Assembly: GCA_041663425.1 (NCBI GenBank)
Contig: JBAYMS010000004.1
Coordinates: 2,213 to 66,212 of the forward strand
DNA length: 64,000 nt
Direction of reading: 5' to 3'
Origin: Candidatus Omnitrophota bacterium
GTDB lineage: Bacteria; Omnitrophota; Gorgyraeia; 2-01-FULL-45-10
The translations under genes were made by a program, and so were the position numbers. How positions within the stretch are numbered: the first letter of the stretch is position 1; each line of letters begins with the position of its first letter. The notes under the pieces are model-generated. The model did not search any database. It had not been told where the DNA came from and was given only the letters and a program-made list of their open reading frames with translations. Shown here one piece after another: positions 18,388-27,155 of this stretch.

Positions 18388-19459
18388 TATTGGCGGCATA
18401 GCCAATTATATATTAAATCTTTCAGAGGCTCTTATAGTCAAAGACGTAAATGTTGTAGTGGCGTCAAGCGGCGGGAATCTCGAAGGAGAGCTGTGCGCGC
18501 GCAATATACCTCACATGCGCATTGACATAAAAACAAAGTTTGAGTTTGGGCCGAAGGTTATTTCCTCCGCTTTCCGGCTGGCAAATATCATAAAGCGTGA
18601 AAAGGTTGATATAATACATGCGCACACAAGGGTGTCCCAGGTTGCCGCGTTTTTAGCATCGCTTATTACAGGCGTGCCGTATGTTACTACCTGTCATGGT
18701 TATTTCAAGGTGCGGTCGAGGAAGATATTTGATACATGGGGATGTAAGGTCATAGCTATCAGTGATGCAGTGAAACGCCATTTAATAGATGATCTTGGAG
18801 TATCCGGCAGCCGGATAGATCTTATATATAGCGGTGTGGATGTGGACAAATTCCGTCGCAAGTATTCAGAAGATGAAAAAACCGCGATAAGGAACGATCT
18901 TGGTCTGAAAGACGCACCGGTAATAGGGACGATAGGCAGATTGTCTCAGGTTAAAGGACAGAGGTATCTGGTACAGGCTATGGCTGAAATAGTCAGCCGT
19001 AAAAAAGGCGCTCAGTGCCTGATTGTCGGCGACGGCGAAGAGAAGCTCGCTCTGGAAAATCTGGCCAGGTCTATGAATATAAGGGACGCTATTTACTTTG
19101 TCCCATCCTATATAGATACCCCCAGACTTCTGGCAGTCATGGATGTTTTTGTATTTCCTTCGGTTAAAGAGGGGCTGGGCATAGCGCTTTTGGAGGCCAT
19201 GGCTGCAGGCAGAGCTTGTGTAGCTTCCGATATAGGCGGCATAAGCGATATCATAAAAGATCCGTCCTTAGGCATTCTTGTGCCGGTGGGAGGAAGTAAG
19301 GAAATCTCAGATTCTGTAATCAAGTTTCTCGATGATGGAGTCTTAAGGCAGGCAACGGGTGATAACGCCAGAAAGCTTGTTGCTGAACAGTTTTCACTTG
19401 ATGCTATGAGCGATAATGTCATAAAGTTTTACAAAGGAGTTGTTGATGAAAAGAAGTAG
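18317..19459 (+). CDS. Glycosyltransferase family 4
   Basis: 380 aa; GT4 C-terminal EGLGIALLEAMAAGRACVASDIGG motif; true start probably TTG at 18356 (LKVLQITTHINIGG) to limit overlap with upstream gene. Confidence 0.8.
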   Translation: MRPCGHILKKRRELKVLQITTHINIGGIANYILNLSEALIVKDVNVVVASSGGNLEGELCARNIPHMRIDIKTKFEFGPKVISSAFRLANIIKREKVDIIHAHTRVSQVAAFLASLITGVPYVTTCHGYFKVRSRKIFDTWGCKVIAISDAVKRHLIDDLGVSGSRIDLIYSGVDVDKFRRKYSEDEKTAIRNDLGLKDAPVIGTIGRLSQVKGQRYLVQAMAEIVSRKKGAQCLIVGDGEEKLALENLARSMNIRDAIYFVPSYIDTPRLLAVMDVFVFPSVKEGLGIALLEAMAAGRACVASDIGGISDIIKDPSLGILVPVGGSKEISDSVIKFLDDGVLRQATGDNARKLVAEQFSLDAMSDNVIKFYKGVVDEKK

Positions 19460-20243
19460 CCCTGGGAATATGGCCTCAGGTAGAAAGCGGACGATTATAG
19501 CGGGCACTGTCGTTTTTTTTGTATTAGCGATAACGGCAGCGTTGCTCATCGAGACCTCCTATGTCGTCCCTGTTCTGATGTATCATTCGATAGACAATAA
19601 TGATAAAGCGAGCAAGCTCTCTGTCTCTCCGGAAAGTTTTGAACGGCAGATGGAATTTTTACATAAAAATAAGTATAATGTGATTCCTCTGGAGAGAGCC
19701 GTTTCGTACATAAATAAAAAAGAGAGACCGCCTTTTAAGACCATAGCCATAACTTTGGATGATGGGTTTGAAAATAACTATACAGCGGCCTATCCGATAC
19801 TTAAAAAATATAATATACCGGCAGCTATATTTGTCATAGTGGATAAAGTGGGCAGCCCCGGTTTTTTAACCTGGCCGCAGATCAAAGAGATGTCCGATTC
19901 CGGGCTTATTACTATAGGGAGCCATACGCGTACTCATTTCTGGCTTTCAGGATCAGATGATAAATTTCTTAAAAATGAACTGGTTGATTCCAAAAAGATT
20001 CTCGAAGAGAAATTGGGTAAGAAAGTAAATATTTTCTGCTATCCAATGGGTTTTTTCGACACAAATTCAAAAAAAGCTGTGGAGGCTGCCGGCTATGCCT
20101 GCGCTGTGTCAACAAATCCCAGCAACGTTTCCCCTGAAGACATTTTTGCTATAAAGCGTATTAAGATATCGCGCTCTTCGGATAATATGATTGTTTTCTG
20201 GGGAGAGATCAGCCGGCTGTATACATGGTTCAAAAGGAACTGA
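19446..20243 (+). CDS. Polysaccharide deacetylase (carbohydrate esterase family 4), membrane-anchored
   Basis: ~265 aa; N-terminal TM helix then NodB-like motifs (TLDDGFENNY, HTRTH); ATG 19446 preceded by RBS aaaggag. Confidence 0.8.
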   Translation: MKRSSPGNMASGRKRTIIAGTVVFFVLAITAALLIETSYVVPVLMYHSIDNNDKASKLSVSPESFERQMEFLHKNKYNVIPLERAVSYINKKERPPFKTIAITLDDGFENNYTAAYPILKKYNIPAAIFVIVDKVGSPGFLTWPQIKEMSDSGLITIGSHTRTHFWLSGSDDKFLKNELVDSKKILEEKLGKKVNIFCYPMGFFDTNSKKAVEAAGYACAVSTNPSNVSPEDIFAIKRIKISRSSDNMIVFWGEISRLYTWFKRN

Positions 20244-20250
20244 TATTAAA

Positions 20251-21273
20251 ATGAAACGAATCCTTATAGTAAATGTGAACTGGATAGGCGACACATTATT
20301 CGCTACACCTTTTATACGCGCGGTGCGCGAAGCGTATCCTGACAGTTATATTGCATGCTTAAGCCATCCAAGATGCACAGAGATGCTGGAGCTGAATCCC
20401 TGTCTGGATGAGCTCGTGATTTATGATGAGGAAGGTGCCCATAAGAGTTTGTTGGGAAAACTGAGACTTGTGTTTTCTCTGAGGAAGCGGAAATTTGATA
20501 CGGCGTTTCTTCTGCATAGGTCATTTACTAAAGCCCTTATCGTATTTTTAGCGGGCGTAAAAGAGCGCATAGGCTATCCTACGAAGAGGCGGGGTATGCT
20601 GCTTACAAAAATGGTGGATTCGCCGGCTGAAGAACTTCATAAAGTGGAATATTTTTTAAATATCGCGGCATCCTGCGGATTGAAGCCGTCGAGCCGGTCG
20701 TATGAATTTTTTATAAATGAGGCGCATAAAAAATTCGTAGGCGACCTTTTGCGCTCAGAGGGCATTTCTGAAAATGATACGGTAGTTGTCCTGTGTCCGG
20801 GCGGTAACTGGGACCCAAAACGATGGCCTAAGGAGAGCTTTGCCAAACTGGCAGATGCGTTATCCGAAAAATGTGCAGCGAAGATCATCATCTCCGGAGC
20901 GAAGAAGGATGTGGTGCTTGCCGGAGAGATAAAAAATATGATGAAAGCGAAGCCGGTCATCACCGCAGGCAAGACAACGCTTAAACAGCTCGGGGCGTTA
21001 TTCCAGAGGGCGGACCTTGTTGTGGCAAATGATACCGGGCCTATGCATCTTTCTGTTGCGATGAAGGCGAATACGATAGCTCTTTTTGGACCTACTTCAC
21101 CGCAGCTTACAGGTCCATATGGAGAAGGCCGCTACAAAGTCATCTTTAAGAACGACACCTGCGATGTCCCGTGCTACGATTTTACATGCACCGATAACCG
21201 GTGCATGGCAGCGATAAAGGTCGCAGATGTGCTGAATGAAGCTGTCTCGACGTTGGAGGCAAAGTGCAGATAG
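20251..21273 (+). CDS. Glycosyltransferase family 9 (ADP-heptose:LPS heptosyltransferase-like)
   Basis: ~340 aa from ATG 20251 (MKRILIVNVNWIGDTLFATP); DTGPMHLSVAM...FGPTSP; C-terminal Cys4 motif CDVPCYDFTCTDNRC. Confidence 0.85.
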   Translation: MKRILIVNVNWIGDTLFATPFIRAVREAYPDSYIACLSHPRCTEMLELNPCLDELVIYDEEGAHKSLLGKLRLVFSLRKRKFDTAFLLHRSFTKALIVFLAGVKERIGYPTKRRGMLLTKMVDSPAEELHKVEYFLNIAASCGLKPSSRSYEFFINEAHKKFVGDLLRSEGISENDTVVVLCPGGNWDPKRWPKESFAKLADALSEKCAAKIIISGAKKDVVLAGEIKNMMKAKPVITAGKTTLKQLGALFQRADLVVANDTGPMHLSVAMKANTIALFGPTSPQLTGPYGEGRYKVIFKNDTCDVPCYDFTCTDNRCMAAIKVADVLNEAVSTLEAKCR

Positions 21274-22241
21274 ATAAGTCTCAGATAAACCGTATACTTG
21301 TTATAACATTGAGCAATGTCGGCGATATCATTCTGACGACGCCGGTCATAAATGCTCTTTCTAAAGAATTTCCCGGAGTAAGGATTGACGTTATGGTAGG
21401 GCCTCAGGGACGTGAGATATTTGAAAAAGATCCGCATATCTTCAAGGTTATTATTTACGATAAACATCTGCCCATAGGCGAGAAGCGCAGGCTGCAATTG
21501 AAATTAAAAAAGCTGCACTATGATCTCGTGGTTGACATACGAAATACCGTGTTTCCAATGCTCATAGCTCCTAAATACAGAACAGCGACGATACAGAGGT
21601 TTCCGCGCGCTGCCATGCATAGCAGATCCCGCCATCTGCACAGGCTTAAATCCTTGGGTATCAATAATAGCGAAGACCTGTCATATATACACATTACAAA
21701 AGAAGACGAAGACTACACTGATAAGCTGATCAAAGAGAACGGTATTATGGATCCTGTGGTTGTTATTAATGCCGGTGCTAAGAGCCATCTGAAACGATGG
21801 TTTGCCGAAGGGTTTGCCGAAGTTGCCGACAGGCTTATATCAGAGTGCAAAGCGAGCGTCGTATTTGTGGGATTAAAAGAAGACGAGGCTATCGTGAACG
21901 ATATAGTTTCAAAGATGAGACACAAACCGTTTGTTCTAGTTAATAAGACAAATATACGGCAGCTTGCAGCGCTTTTAAAACGTTCCAAGCTTCTTATAAC
22001 CAATGACAGCGCTCCTCTCCATTTGGGTTGCGCAGTAGGCGTTAAAGTCGCGGCGTTGTTCGGCCCTACGGATCCGCAAAAATACGGCCCGACCGGAGAA
22101 TTCGATGTAGTTATAAAAGAAAAATTGTCATGCGCTCCGTGCGAGAAGGCGGAGTGCGTCCGGAATTATGAGTGCATGAAATTGATTACACCCGATTCAG
22201 TGTTTGACGCCGCGAAGATGCTTCTGGAGGGGTATGAGTAA
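21264..22241 (+). CDS. Glycosyltransferase family 9 (heptosyltransferase-like)
   Basis: 325 aa; GTG start overlapping upstream stop; ILVITLSNVGDIILTTPV...NDSAPLHLGCAVG...FGPTDP; C-terminal CAPCEKAECVRNYEC. Confidence 0.85.
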   Translation: MQIDKSQINRILVITLSNVGDIILTTPVINALSKEFPGVRIDVMVGPQGREIFEKDPHIFKVIIYDKHLPIGEKRRLQLKLKKLHYDLVVDIRNTVFPMLIAPKYRTATIQRFPRAAMHSRSRHLHRLKSLGINNSEDLSYIHITKEDEDYTDKLIKENGIMDPVVVINAGAKSHLKRWFAEGFAEVADRLISECKASVVFVGLKEDEAIVNDIVSKMRHKPFVLVNKTNIRQLAALLKRSKLLITNDSAPLHLGCAVGVKVAALFGPTDPQKYGPTGEFDVVIKEKLSCAPCEKAECVRNYECMKLITPDSVFDAAKMLLEGYE

Positions 22242-23295
22242 GACTGAAAAGGTGCGTAAGGGTAAGAGGGTCCTGATAGTAAGGCTCGACCGGCTAGGGG
22301 ACGTGGTCCTGTCTACGCCTGTTATAAAAGCTGTGCGCGAAGCATGCCCGGATGGCTACATTGCATTTATGGCGGCCCGGCACGCACGCGATATACTGGA
22401 AGGCAATCCTTATCTGGACGAAGTGATAATATATGAGAAGGCCGGCAGGGAGAAAGGGATTGCGAGTAACCTCAAATTTATCCGGTCCCTTCGCCGTAAA
22501 AAATTTGATATAGCGCTCATTCTCCATCCTACTAACAGGGCTCATCTTCTTGTTTCGCTGGCCGGTATACCTGAGACGATCGGATATAATAAAAAATGGG
22601 GATTTTTGCTTACAAAACGCATTCCTCATAGTAAGCATCATGGCCTGAAGCATGAGATTGATTATGTCCTGGATGTGTTAAGATACACGGGCCTTGAGCC
22701 TAAAGACAAATCTCTTTATATGCCGGTCAATGCCTGTTCTGAGCGAAACGTTGAAAGTATTTTTCAGGAACATGGTATTTCCAAGAACGATATCTGTGTT
22801 GCTGTTAATCCCGGAGCCAGCTGTGTATCCAAAAGGTGGGGGACGGAAAAATTTGCCCAGGTTGCGCACATCCTTGCGGAAAAATATAAGGCAAAGATCA
22901 TAATAATATCCGGAGCCTCAGATAAAAAGCTCGGCGATGAAGTCGCATCATTACTGCAGGGCAAGTGTGTAAATCTTGCCGGCCGGACTAGCGTTGCCGA
23001 TGTGGCGGGTGTTTTAAGGCGGGCAAAACTTTTTGTCTCAAACGATTCCGGACCGGTCCATATAGCATGCGCTGTAGGAACTCCGGTCATTGCTATATTC
23101 GGTCGCAGCGATAGGGGACTTTCTCCAGAGAGGTGGGGGCCGACAGGTAAGAGCGATATCGTGCTGCACGAAGATGTCGGCTGCGTTGAGTGTTTGGCGC
23201 ATAAGTGTAAAAAGGGTTTTATGTGTCTTGAGGCGGTCACTGTAGATGATGTAATCGCGGCAGCTGACAAGATTTTAACTAAGGAGACTAGATAG
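22234..23295 (+). CDS. Glycosyltransferase family 9 (heptosyltransferase-like)
   Basis: ~353 aa from ATG 22234 (ATGAGTAA overlap with upstream stop); VLIVRLDRLGDVVLSTPV...NDSGPVHIACAVG...FGRSD; C-terminal CVECLAHKCKKGFMC. Confidence 0.85.
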   Translation: MSKTEKVRKGKRVLIVRLDRLGDVVLSTPVIKAVREACPDGYIAFMAARHARDILEGNPYLDEVIIYEKAGREKGIASNLKFIRSLRRKKFDIALILHPTNRAHLLVSLAGIPETIGYNKKWGFLLTKRIPHSKHHGLKHEIDYVLDVLRYTGLEPKDKSLYMPVNACSERNVESIFQEHGISKNDICVAVNPGASCVSKRWGTEKFAQVAHILAEKYKAKIIIISGASDKKLGDEVASLLQGKCVNLAGRTSVADVAGVLRRAKLFVSNDSGPVHIACAVGTPVIAIFGRSDRGLSPERWGPTGKSDIVLHEDVGCVECLAHKCKKGFMCLEAVTVDDVIAAADKILTKETR

Positions 23296-23303
23296 ACAAC
23301 AAA

Positions 23304-23332
23304 AAAGACCCGCAGTTTCGCTGGTCTTTTCC
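23304..23332 (+). terminator. Probable rho-independent terminator ending the waaA..GT9 operon
   Basis: AAAGACC-12 nt loop-GGTCTTT followed by T-run, 9 nt after the stop codon at 23295. Confidence 0.45.
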
Positions 23333-23571
23333 GGAGGTGATAGGCCTCAATGGCTCTCGCTATCATTTCCCTCTCGTATATCTAAATAAAGTATGCCACA
23401 TAATATTGAAAAAGGCAATAGCGGAAGGGTATTTTTATTTATCAAACGTTTAACAAAGATTTTTTTGTGGGGATTATTGCTATTCATTGTTGTTTCGACC
23501 GTAAGGGAAATGCGTAACGATAAAGTGGTTTCTAAAAATTTATCAAAACAGGCCTCATTTAAGGAGCTAAA

Positions 23572-24645
23572 ATGAAGATAGGTATCATAGGTTTGCCGCA
23601 GGTAGGAAAGAAGACACTGTTCGAACTGCTTACTAATCACAAGCCTTCCGAAAAAGAACTGGTTTCAGGTAAGCCCATTAAAGGGGTTTCCGAAATAAGA
23701 GATCCTCGCTTTGACAGACTTGTTACGATCTATAAGCCCAAGAAAGAGGTGCGGGCCAGAATAGATATTGAGACATTACCGAAAGTAGAAAAGGATACCA
23801 TCGCCAAGGGCGAGATATTCGCGGATATAAATGAGCTCGACGCTGTATGCCATGTTGTCAGGGCGTTTAAGGACGATTCCGTTTATCATGTTGACGGTTC
23901 GGTTGATGCCAGGCGGGACATCGATTTTGTAAATTCCGAACTCATACTTCACGATATGATATTTATAGAGAAACGTATGGAGCGCCTTGAGCAGAAGATA
24001 AAAGTAACCAAAGAAGAAGCGTCGATAAAGGAGCGGGATGTCCTCCTCAAACTTAAAGCGCATCTCGATAAGACTCTGCCGCTCAGGCTTCTCGATCTGA
24101 CCAACGATGACAAAAAATTCATAACGAGCTACCCGTTCGTTACTCTTAAAGATATGATCGTAGTGCTGAACGTATCCGAGGACAGTCTTAAAGATACCAA
24201 AGAACTGAACCAGCTTAAGTCCGAGCTGGCGCCTATCAGGATAGATGTTATGCAGGTATCGGCAAAGGTTGAGGCGGAGATAGCGGGCCTCGGATCGGAC
24301 GAAGAGAAGAAGGAATTCTTGGGTGCGCTTGGCATAGAGGAGCCCGCAATAAATTTACTTACCAGGGTTTGCATAAAAGCGCTGAACCTTATATCTTTCT
24401 TTACTGTCGGAGAAGACGAGGTCCGTCAGTGGCTTATAAGGAAAGGGTCGAGCGCCCCCGAAGCAGCCGGAGCCATACATTCTGATCTTCAGAAAGGTTT
24501 TATCAGGGCTGAGACGATGAAGTATGCCGACCTTATAGCGCTGGGCGGAGAAGATAAGCTGAAAGAAGCGGGTAAATTTTATCTGAAAGGTAAAGATTAT
24601 ATAGTGGAAGACGGAGATATAATGAACATCCGTTTTAATGTATAG
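23572..24645 (+). CDS. ychF: Ribosome-binding ATPase YchF (Obg-like, with C-terminal TGS domain); G1/G3 motifs atypical
   Basis: 357 aa; strong C-terminal similarity to YchF (GFIRAE..., GKDYIVEDGDIMNIRFNV); P-loop reads GLPQVGKKT instead of GLPNVGKST. Confidence 0.85.
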   Translation: MKIGIIGLPQVGKKTLFELLTNHKPSEKELVSGKPIKGVSEIRDPRFDRLVTIYKPKKEVRARIDIETLPKVEKDTIAKGEIFADINELDAVCHVVRAFKDDSVYHVDGSVDARRDIDFVNSELILHDMIFIEKRMERLEQKIKVTKEEASIKERDVLLKLKAHLDKTLPLRLLDLTNDDKKFITSYPFVTLKDMIVVLNVSEDSLKDTKELNQLKSELAPIRIDVMQVSAKVEAEIAGLGSDEEKKEFLGALGIEEPAINLLTRVCIKALNLISFFTVGEDEVRQWLIRKGSSAPEAAGAIHSDLQKGFIRAETMKYADLIALGGEDKLKEAGKFYLKGKDYIVEDGDIMNIRFNV

Positions 24646-24673
24646 CGTGTAAAGCCGGACTCGGGAGGGTTCA

Positions 24674-25141
24674 ATGCTGCCTAAAGAACTGTCGGACCTG
24701 CTTGATAAAAGAGAGTTTATAAGCGTTGCCACGTGTGATTTTAACGGACGGCCTAATGCCGCTCCGAAATTTGTTCTAAAGGTGGAAAACAATCACGTCT
24801 ATCTTGTAGATTATACGATAGGAAAGACATGGAAGAACCTTAAAGTCAATCCGAAGATATCGATGTCGCTTACAGATACAAGGACGCTTAAAGGTTATCA
24901 GCTGAACGGAACGGTTAAGATAATATCGCGCGGTAAGCTTTATGACAAGATGCGGCAGGAGATGACGGACAGAGAGGTGCGCCTTACAACGCAGCATATA
25001 ATAGATGAGGTCCGGGGTAATCCTACTCATGAAACATTTGAGATACTCATAAGCGAGAAATTTGTAATATTTGATGTTAAGTTGGAAGAAGTAGTTGAAA
25101 TGGACATCCATGGTGAGCTTAAGAGGAGCAAAAAAGAGTAG
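24674..25141 (+). CDS. Pyridoxamine 5'-phosphate oxidase-like FMN-binding split-barrel protein (general stress protein 26 family)
   Basis: 155 aa; pattern FISVATCDFNGRPNAAPKFV...HVYLVDY typical of PNPOx-like small proteins. Confidence 0.55.
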   Translation: MLPKELSDLLDKREFISVATCDFNGRPNAAPKFVLKVENNHVYLVDYTIGKTWKNLKVNPKISMSLTDTRTLKGYQLNGTVKIISRGKLYDKMRQEMTDREVRLTTQHIIDEVRGNPTHETFEILISEKFVIFDVKLEEVVEMDIHGELKRSKKE

Positions 25142-25189
25142 CATATCTTGCTGACTTCATGCTAAAATATGCGCTTCAAAGGAAATGAT

Positions 25190-26128
25190 ATGAAAAGACA
25201 GAGAGTTGATCTTACAAAAATAAAGACCATACCGCTTAATGCCAGGAAGTGCAAAGTATCTATACAGAATTTTGCCAAACCCGGCAAAAAAGGCGCTTCG
25301 TTCAAGGAATTTTATAATTCGCTCCCGGATGTTCTGGCGAGCCAGAATCTGCGGTTTCTCGTCGATAAAATTGTAAATGCTTATAACGGCGACAAGATGG
25401 TCATACTGATGATGGGTGCGCATGTCATAAAGTGCGGGCTCTCTCCGCTGGTTATCGACCTTATGAAGCGGGGTGTGATAAAAGCGGTTGCGCTTAACGG
25501 CGCTGGCATAATCCATGATACCGAAATAGCCATGATAGGCAGGACAAGTGAAGATGTCGGAGAGGGTATCCTTGACGGTTCATTTGGTATGGCAAAAGAA
25601 ACGGCCTCTTTCATAAACGGGGCTATAAACAAAGGCTTCCAGAAGGGTATCGGTATAGGCGAGGCGCTCGGAGGTGAAATAGTAAAGACGAAGAAACCTC
25701 ACAGAGACTTAAGCATACTTGCCAACGGATATGAGCTCGGCGTTCCTGTAACTGTGCATGTGGCTATAGGGACTGACATAATACATCAGCATCCGTCTGC
25801 CAACGGTGAGGCGATAGGCGAAGGGTCGCTTCTCGACTTCAGGAATTTTATTTATAGCGTCGGCTCTCTCGATAACGGCGTGGCCGTAAATTTCGGATCG
25901 GCTGTAATATTGCCGGAAGTTTTCCTGAAAGCCTTAACCGTTGCGAGAAATCTCGGATACAAAGCGAACATATTTACAACCGCAAATTTTGACATGATAA
26001 GTCAGTACAGGCCTTATCAGAATATATTGTCGCGGCCGACCTCTTCCGGCGGGAAGGGTTATAATATTATCGGCCATCACGAAATAATGTTCCCGCTGCT
26101 TTATCGTTCAATAATAGAGAAGATATAA
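25190..26128 (+). CDS. Deoxyhypusine synthase-like protein (DHS-like NAD-binding fold)
   Basis: ~313 aa from ATG 25190 (RBS aaagga); by-eye match to DHS family landmarks: GAHVIKCGLSPLVIDLMKRGVIKAVALNGAGIIHDTE (cf. SSGIRETIRYLV...VTTAGGVEED), LGVPVTVHVAIGTD, C-terminal FPLL. Confidence 0.45.
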   Translation: MKRQRVDLTKIKTIPLNARKCKVSIQNFAKPGKKGASFKEFYNSLPDVLASQNLRFLVDKIVNAYNGDKMVILMMGAHVIKCGLSPLVIDLMKRGVIKAVALNGAGIIHDTEIAMIGRTSEDVGEGILDGSFGMAKETASFINGAINKGFQKGIGIGEALGGEIVKTKKPHRDLSILANGYELGVPVTVHVAIGTDIIHQHPSANGEAIGEGSLLDFRNFIYSVGSLDNGVAVNFGSAVILPEVFLKALTVARNLGYKANIFTTANFDMISQYRPYQNILSRPTSSGGKGYNIIGHHEIMFPLLYRSIIEKI

Positions 26129-26131
26129 AAT

Positions 26132-27136
26132 ATGCATAACGTAAATTTTAACAAAATAAAAGAGAAAGTCTCAAATTTTAAAAATGCCAGAGTGCTGGTG
26201 ATAGGCGACCTTATACTTGATGAATTTTTATGGGGTGATGTTTCCAGGATATCTCCTGAGGCCCCGGTACCTGTAGTCTGGGTTAAAAAAGAAAGTTTTA
26301 TGCCGGGCGGCGCTTCAAATGTCGCGAACAATCTGCGCTCTCTTGGCGCAAGCGTTCATCTCGTCGGTGTAGTGGGCGATGATGAGAGAGGGGCTATCCT
26401 TAAAGGCGAACTTGAGCAGAAGGGTATAAATACCGCAGGGATAGTGACCGACGATTCGAGGCCGACGATCCTTAAGACACGCGTTGTTGCGCAGCACCAG
26501 CAGGTGGTGAGGATCGATAAGGAGAGAATCGATCCGCTGAGTGCCAACATAGTGGCGAAGATGGTTATGCAGGTTGAGCAGATAATAAAAGATGTCGACG
26601 CTGTAATAATAGAGGACTATGGCAAAGGTGTTATAACGTCAGCCTTGCTCAGTAAAGTTGTCCCAATAGCCAAGAAACATAATAAGATAATATCGGTCGA
26701 CCCGAAAGAAGAGCATTTTAAATATTATAGAGGAATAAGCGTAATCACTCCGAATAACCACGAAGCCTCAAAGGCTGTAGGTTTCCAGATAAAAGACGAA
26801 GCTACCCTGATCAAAGCGGGGCAGGAGCTTCTGAGGAAATTGAATTGTAAAATAGCCCTGATAACTCTCGGCGAGAACGGTATGGCAGTTTTCCAGAAGG
26901 CTAAACCTATGAAGCATATCCCTACAGTGGCGCAGGAAGTATTTGATGTCTCCGGCGCAGGCGATACAGTTATTGCCAGCTATACTCTTTCTCTTGCCGC
27001 AGGTGCAGATCCTATAATGTCTGCGTATATTGCGAACTGCGCAGGCGGAATAGTGGTAGGTAAGGTTGGTATAGCAGTTGTAGGTCCCGACGAGCTTCTT
27101 AACAGGATCCGTAAAGAACTGGACAAAAAGCAATAA
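26132..27136 (+). CDS. hldE: D-glycero-beta-D-manno-heptose-7-phosphate kinase (HldE/RfaE domain I only; PfkB family)
   Basis: 334 aa; VLVIGDLILDEFLWGDVSRISPEAPVPVV and DVSGAGDTVIA motifs of RfaE kinase domain; no fused adenylyltransferase domain. Confidence 0.85.
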   Translation: MHNVNFNKIKEKVSNFKNARVLVIGDLILDEFLWGDVSRISPEAPVPVVWVKKESFMPGGASNVANNLRSLGASVHLVGVVGDDERGAILKGELEQKGINTAGIVTDDSRPTILKTRVVAQHQQVVRIDKERIDPLSANIVAKMVMQVEQIIKDVDAVIIEDYGKGVITSALLSKVVPIAKKHNKIISVDPKEEHFKYYRGISVITPNNHEASKAVGFQIKDEATLIKAGQELLRKLNCKIALITLGENGMAVFQKAKPMKHIPTVAQEVFDVSGAGDTVIASYTLSLAAGADPIMSAYIANCAGGIVVGKVGIAVVGPDELLNRIRKELDKKQ

Positions 27137-27155
27137 CTTAAAAGGAGCAAAAACA

